Positions 57,015 to 64,000 of a DNA stretch of 64,000 nt are shown here, piece by piece. The stretch's first letter is position 1. Each line of letters starts with the position of its first letter. Origin of the DNA: Candidatus Magasanikiibacteriota bacterium. Its GTDB lineage: Bacteria > Patescibacteriota > Patescibacteriia > Magasanikbacterales > GWA2-37-8. Both the position numbers and the translations under genes were made by a program. The notes beneath the pieces are model-generated. The model was not told the DNA's origin. It ran no database searches and worked only from the letters and a program-made list of their open reading frames with translations. The DNA lies in contig JAPLWQ010000002.1 in the NCBI GenBank assembly GCA_026396515.1, positions 9,075 to 73,074 of the forward strand. The letters are read 5' to 3'.

Positions 57015-58088
57015 TTATTTTTTAAGCCATTTCAGATATGCTTCACACAACGGCTTTAAATCCCCTTCCAACACGCCTTCCGGATCAGCCGATTCATAAT
57101 CGGTGCGATGGTCTTTGACCATATGATACGGGTGCAACACATAGGAACGGATCTGATTCCCCCACTCGGCTGATTTGTATTCACCGCGCAAATCCTGCCG
57201 TTCTTTGGCACGCTTTTCTTCTTCCAACCGGAACAGCTTAGCTTTTAAAACTTTCATCGCCGTTTCTTTGTTTTGTAATTGTGAACGTTCATTTTGGCAA
57301 GACACGCTAATGCCGGTCGGGATATGCACGATGCGCACCGCCGAATAAGTTGTATTGACGCTTTGCCCGCCGTGTCCGCCGGACATAAAAGTATCAATGC
57401 GCAAATCTTTCGGGTCGACGGCTATATCAACTTTTTCCGGCAACTCCGGCAGAACTTCCACCAACGCGAAAGATGTGTGGCGCATTTTTTCCGCGTCAAA
57501 CGGCGAAATGCGCACCAGCCGGTGCACGCCATGTTCGGATTTCAAATAACCAAAAGCGTAACGCCCCTTCACCTCAAACATTATAGATTTGTAGCCGGCT
57601 TCGGCGCCACGAGATTCATCTATCACCCGCGTTCGCCAGCCCATTTTTTCACAAAAACGCAAAACCATTCTGGTCAGCATCTCGGCCCAATCTTGTGCTT
57701 CCGTACCGCCCGAGCCGGCGTGAATCGCTACCACCGCGCCGCTTGCGTCATATGGGCCGTTGAGTAAAAGATAAAATTCATAATCAGCAAACTTTTTTTC
57801 CAACGCTTCGGTCTGTTTTTCAATTTCACCCGCCATATCGGCGTCATTTCCCCCGGACAGTTCAATAAGATCATTTACCTCCCGGCCAATCTCGCTCCAT
57901 TTTTCAATTTCTTTGCGGATATCATTATAGTCGGCAGACACGGCTTGCGCACTTTCAGGATTATTCCAAAAATCAGGCGCATTCATCTCGGCCGAAAGCT
58001 GATCCATTTTTATTTTGAGTTCATCAAGCTTAAGCAGCTCAGCGGTTGCTTCTATTTTTTCGCGCAAATTTTTCAGACGTTCATTCAT
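57015..58088 (-). CDS. prfB: peptide chain release factor 2
   Basis: 357 aa. SPF tripeptide (RISPFD) and GGQ (SGGHGGQSVN). Single uninterrupted ORF, so no programmed +1 frameshift. Confidence 0.85.
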   Translation of the reverse strand: MNERLKNLREKIEATAELLKLDELKIKMDQLSAEMNAPDFWNNPESAQAVSADYNDIRKEIEKWSEIGREVNDLIELSGGNDADMAGEIEKQTEALEKKFADYEFYLLLNGPYDASGAVVAIHAGSGGTEAQDWAEMLTRMVLRFCEKMGWRTRVIDESRGAEAGYKSIMFEVKGRYAFGYLKSEHGVHRLVRISPFDAEKMRHTSFALVEVLPELPEKVDIAVDPKDLRIDTFMSGGHGGQSVNTTYSAVRIVHIPTGISVSCQNERSQLQNKETAMKVLKAKLFRLEEEKRAKERQDLRGEYKSAEWGNQIRSYVLHPYHMVKDHRTDYESADPEGVLEGDLKPLCEAYLKWLKK

Positions 58089-58091
58089 ATA

Positions 58092-59465
58092 TTACCAGCC
58101 GAACATTTTGCCGATTTCTTCCGGCGTTTCACGCCGGCGTCCGACTTTCACTTCGCCGTTGGCGGCAAAAATTTTCGCCGGAGAAGAGAGCAGACAATGA
58201 TGCGATGCTAGGGAATCCTGATAAGCGCCGGTATCGCAGATAGCAATATATAACTCATCGCAATCTTCCAGCCGTGGAAGCAAAATATGATCGCCGGCGT
58301 TATAGCGGTCGTCGCTGTCGCAGGAAGAACCGGCCAGCCAGACTTTTTTCATTTTACCCAGCCGTAAATTATTGACCGGCACGATATGCCATTTCTGATG
58401 AATCGCCCACGTATCGGATAGGTCGTTGATAAAACTACCGTCAATTGAATACCAATATTTGTCGTCTTTATTTTCCAACAACTTCTCACTCAATATTTTA
58501 TAGATGGTAATCTGCGTCGGCGCCACCACATAGCGGCCCCACTCGGCGATAATATTCGGATGTTTGATACCGAGGCGTTCACTCTGACGCTTGGCGGTGC
58601 GAACCAAATGGCTGATAATGCTTTTGGCCGTATAATATTTCATTCTTTTTTCATATGGCACGCCGACGCCGCCGCCGATATCCAGAGTATCCAGGCCAGG
58701 ATTTTTTTCTTTCATCGCGGCATACAAATTCAGGGCGCGCTTCATCGGCCCGACCAGGCCGTCAATCCGGTTGATCTGGCTGGAAATATGATAATGCAAA
58801 ATAGAAAGATTGCGGATTTTACCGAACTTCAACAGTTCATCTTCAGTAAAACCGTAGCGGTTGTATTTCTTGTCCCAGTGACTCTGCACGCGAATATTCA
58901 GATTCACCCGGATTCCGACCGGGCCGTTAAATTTCTTCATCCGTTCCAATTCCACATGATCCTCAATAATCGGGATAACGATCAGGCCCTTGCCGCGCAA
59001 TTCTTCAATCAAACTCATGTACTTTTCCGTTTTCGGTCCGTTGCAGATAACCCGGATTTTAATGTTAAATTTATCCTGCTCAATCATTCTTTTCACCAGA
59101 AAAAGCTCGTTAGCGCTGCAAATTTCCAAATTCGCCCCTTCGGCCACCGCCGGCAAAACAAACTCGCGGTTCTGATTAACCTTCATGGCATAATGGTAAA
59201 AAAATTTTCCTTTATAACCTAAAACCTTTATATAGGCGTTAAAGGTATCGATCAAATCGCGCACCCGGTTTTCAATCAGCGTGGGAAAAGCAATTTCCAC
59301 CGGCGAGCCGTATTTTTTTACAATGTCATAAATGTTGTACTGGAAATTTCCTTCTTTGACCACCAGCTCGCCGTCCGGGCTGATGTCAAACTGGTCGGTG
59401 TTGAATTCTTCAATACCGAGTTTCCAAAATTTCTTATAGCGTGAATTGTTATTTTTCTTTTTCAT
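58092..59465 (-). CDS. PLP-dependent decarboxylase, Orn/DAP/Arg decarboxylase family (likely arginine or related polyamine-pathway decarboxylase)
   Basis: 457 aa. PLP-lysine motif YAMKVN, Gly-rich loop LDIGGGVGV, C-terminal CDSDD block. Confidence 0.65.
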   Translation of the reverse strand: MKKKNNNSRYKKFWKLGIEEFNTDQFDISPDGELVVKEGNFQYNIYDIVKKYGSPVEIAFPTLIENRVRDLIDTFNAYIKVLGYKGKFFYHYAMKVNQNREFVLPAVAEGANLEICSANELFLVKRMIEQDKFNIKIRVICNGPKTEKYMSLIEELRGKGLIVIPIIEDHVELERMKKFNGPVGIRVNLNIRVQSHWDKKYNRYGFTEDELLKFGKIRNLSILHYHISSQINRIDGLVGPMKRALNLYAAMKEKNPGLDTLDIGGGVGVPYEKRMKYYTAKSIISHLVRTAKRQSERLGIKHPNIIAEWGRYVVAPTQITIYKILSEKLLENKDDKYWYSIDGSFINDLSDTWAIHQKWHIVPVNNLRLGKMKKVWLAGSSCDSDDRYNAGDHILLPRLEDCDELYIAICDTGAYQDSLASHHCLLSSPAKIFAANGEVKVGRRRETPEEIGKMFGW

Positions 59466-60562
59466 ATTAATTTTGTCCGCCTATTTAAACTTTCCACAAT
59501 GCCGATGAGCAGCATATTGGCGACCAGCGATGATCCGCCATAACTGACAAACGGCATAGTCACGCCGGTGACAGGCAGAAGACCGACGTTAGCTCCGATA
59601 TTAATAAAAAATTGGGAAAAAAACAAGATGGCGGTTCCGCTCGCGACAAGCGCGACAAAATCATCTTGAGCCCGGCGCGCGATAGTGAGCAACCGGTAAA
59701 AAAGCAAACCATAAAGCGCGAGTACAACCGTAACTCCGGCCAGACCAAGCTCTTCACCGATCACGGAAAAAACAAAGTCGGTCTGCGTCTCGGGCAAAAA
59801 ACGCAATTGGCTTTGTGAGCCAAACCCCAACCCCCGGCCGAAAGCGCCGCCCGAACCGACAGCAATTGTCGCCTGAATAGTGTTGTAGCCGGAACCAAGA
59901 GGGTCGCGTGCCGGATCAACGAACGTCAGTAAGCGTTCTTTTTGATAAGGCGCGAGCAGATAGGTCCAGGCGACGAAACTGAACAGCACCAGAGCGAGCA
60001 ATGACAAAATAAGAAATAATTTTCGTGTTCCAATTAGCCACATCAAACCAAACCAAACCAAGCCAAGCAAAATTGCAGAACCCAAATCCGGCTGAAGCAG
60101 AACCAGCACTATCATAAGTAAGGCAATCGCACCGGTGCCCAGAAAAAAAAGCGGTTTTTCAAAACGCCGGCCGAAATGCGCAGCCACATACGAAATCATA
60201 AGGATCAATCCAATTTTCGCAAATTCAACCGGCTGAAGAGAAAAACCAGAAAAAGCGAACCAGCCGGTAGTGCCGCGGATAGTGCTTCCAAAAATTAATA
60301 CCGCCAGTAAAAATAGCACGGTAAGCAAATATATCCACTTGGCATATGCTTTAAAAAAAGTATGAGCGACAAATGCCGCCCACATCATTGCTACCACGCC
60401 GATGCCAAAGGCAATCAGTTGTTTTTTGGTATAAATTAATGCCGCGCCCCGTGATAAGTCAACACTATAAATGGCGGCAAAACCGATGGCACACAAAAAT
60501 ACGACAGCCACAATCAGCGCCCAGTCAAAACCGCGCCAAGATAATCGGTCGAATATTATCAT
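59462..60562 (-). CDS. SEDS-family peptidoglycan polymerase (FtsW/RodA)
   Basis: 366 aa, 10 TM helices. Conserved LQPDLGSA, FVDPARDPLGSGYN, FVFSVIGEELG blocks. Confidence 0.75.
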   Translation of the reverse strand: MIIFDRLSWRGFDWALIVAVVFLCAIGFAAIYSVDLSRGAALIYTKKQLIAFGIGVVAMMWAAFVAHTFFKAYAKWIYLLTVLFLLAVLIFGSTIRGTTGWFAFSGFSLQPVEFAKIGLILMISYVAAHFGRRFEKPLFFLGTGAIALLMIVLVLLQPDLGSAILLGLVWFGLMWLIGTRKLFLILSLLALVLFSFVAWTYLLAPYQKERLLTFVDPARDPLGSGYNTIQATIAVGSGGAFGRGLGFGSQSQLRFLPETQTDFVFSVIGEELGLAGVTVVLALYGLLFYRLLTIARRAQDDFVALVASGTAILFFSQFFINIGANVGLLPVTGVTMPFVSYGGSSLVANMLLIGIVESLNRRTKLI

Positions 60563-60565
60563 ATG

Positions 60566-61576
60566 CTATATCCCCTTCGGTGCAAGATACACTGCTTTAT
60601 CGTAGAGGTCAATAATCGGGAATACTTTGATTTCGGAGACGCTAAGATTTTGTACAAAATTCCTCAAATCAATCTGGCGCGACTCAAGCGACTGAAAATC
60701 CAGCAAATCAAACTTCATGATTCCGACCAGAGGCCCGCTTTGATATAGGCCGAGATAAAAAACCGGATTTTTATAGCCGTAAGCCGTATCGTTTTTCAAT
60801 GCGAATCGAAGCGAATTGGCGGCTGCCTCACCGGTACTGCCGGCAAAACCAAAAGTAAAGTTTTCAATAGTAAAATTCAAACGCTCTTCTTGCCAGGAGC
60901 GGGTGTCTGCCACCTGATGAGCGGAAACCCTGCGCCACCGAAGGTTGTCAATAACGAAATTCGCCGAGCCGGAATATTCGGCGGAATCCAAACCGAAGAT
61001 CGCCACCGGACGGCTCTCCATCGGCAGAAGCATTGTGGTATGCCGCGCCGTAGTGGTGCTGCCAAAATCAAAAAAATAATCAAAAATAGCAATGTACCGC
61101 TCGTTGGGGTTAGCCACTTCCGCCAGTGCGTCTACTTTTTCAGTACCCCCGGGCAGAACATATGAATTGAGAATTTCAAGCGACGAAGGTGAAAAACGAG
61201 GGTGCAAAGCGGTAAAATCAATTGAAGCGGCGAGCTGCTGCTCAACTATTGGCTTCACGGTAAGATCATATACCAGCAACTCCACCGCTTTCCAAATCGA
61301 AAAACCGATTGTAAGCGCGCAAAATGCAAAAAGAGACGCCACAGCCAACCTGTATAGCAGCACTTTATTTTTTACATACCACATCGCCCATTTGAACTGG
61401 CCGGAACCGAATTCATTAGTCGGGTCGGTATATTTGGATAAACTGGGTTTGACCGGCTTCCCATTTTTTATGGGCGCCGGCGCGCCGGCGCCGTGGCTAT
61501 CCACATAATTATCGCGATTTTGCTGGTTGTAGAAATTGATCATATCAATGTTATTATGAGCTATATTATACCACAT
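60566..61576 (-). CDS. hypothetical membrane-anchored protein
   Basis: 336 aa, a single TM around residue 80. No recognisable motif. Probably co-transcribed with the FtsW/RodA gene. Confidence 0.4.
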   Translation of the reverse strand: MWYNIAHNNIDMINFYNQQNRDNYVDSHGAGAPAPIKNGKPVKPSLSKYTDPTNEFGSGQFKWAMWYVKNKVLLYRLAVASLFAFCALTIGFSIWKAVELLVYDLTVKPIVEQQLAASIDFTALHPRFSPSSLEILNSYVLPGGTEKVDALAEVANPNERYIAIFDYFFDFGSTTTARHTTMLLPMESRPVAIFGLDSAEYSGSANFVIDNLRWRRVSAHQVADTRSWQEERLNFTIENFTFGFAGSTGEAAANSLRFALKNDTAYGYKNPVFYLGLYQSGPLVGIMKFDLLDFQSLESRQIDLRNFVQNLSVSEIKVFPIIDLYDKAVYLAPKGI

Positions 61577-61609
61577 AAATCACTTGCCGTATAAGTTTAA
61601 ATGTGATAA

Positions 61610-63907
<2,298 letters not shown>

Positions 63908-63917
63908 AAGACGTAAA

Positions 63918-63945
63918 ACCCCGGCCACAAGCCGGGGTTTTAAAA
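63918..63945 (+). terminator. rho-independent terminator of gyrB
   Basis: AAAACCCCGGCCACAAGCCGGGGTTTT: 8-bp GC stem followed by TTTT. Confidence 0.6.
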
Positions 63946-64000
63946 AATTTCAGCGGGTCGTAGGCGTTTCGCAAACAGTGTCGTCCGGCTCCGGCAGCCG

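Noticed and set aside
57015-58088. Programmed +1 frameshift in prfB
   Set aside because: The ORF is uninterrupted from Met1 for the full 357 aa with SPF and GGQ motifs. No frameshift site is present, which is common in many lineages.

Overview
This 64-kb window is gene-dense and mostly minus-strand coded. Base composition is mixed: about 45% GC in the housekeeping parts, about 30% GC in a 16-kb glycopolymer locus, and a short segment near 58% GC.

The content looks like a small-genome, cell-surface-focused bacterium, possibly a Patescibacteria/CPR-type organism. That assignment is an inference from the gene content and has not been verified.

Recognisable housekeeping genes are gyrB, prfB (RF2), ksgA/rsmA, a SEDS-family FtsW/RodA, a PLP-dependent Orn/Arg-type decarboxylase, a TsaC/YrdC-domain fusion protein, an ABC-F ATPase, Hsp20, an ECF sigma factor with its anti-sigma factor, and tRNA-Ser(GCU).

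An AT-rich cell-wall glycopolymer locus spans 11.3-26.5 kb. It holds tagD, a TagF-like CDP-glycerol glycerophosphotransferase, three SAM-dependent methyltransferases, GT2, GT4, GtrB/ArnC-like and Wzx-like genes, several GT-C-like polytopic membrane proteins and a LytR_C protein.

The most striking region is 31.9-54.3 kb. It contains a type-IV-secretion-like operon (VirB6/TrbL-like, VirB3-like, VirB4 apparently split into two ORFs, a VirB8-like candidate) next to comF. Beside it are a short high-GC gene for an Asp-rich lipoprotein, a 2,783-aa cysteine-rich secreted giant protein, a TSP3-repeat protein and an ArnT/PMT-like GT-C. Together these could form a surface or host-contact apparatus.

Superimposed on the genes are:
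- a dispersed GC-rich palindromic element family that also sits in-frame inside ORFs, resembling Rickettsia palindromic elements;
- a tandem hairpin-repeat array;
- a recurrent promoter-proximal GAGCTTC-N2-GAGCTTC motif;
- a (TA)13 tract abutting a start codon;
- tandem duplications of the tRNA-Ser 3' flank;
- an in-frame TGA inside a coiled-coil ORF;
- a putative cohesin-dockerin gene pair.

All functional calls come from motif-level reading of the translations, with no database search. Coordinates of small features are hand-counted and may be off by a few nucleotides.
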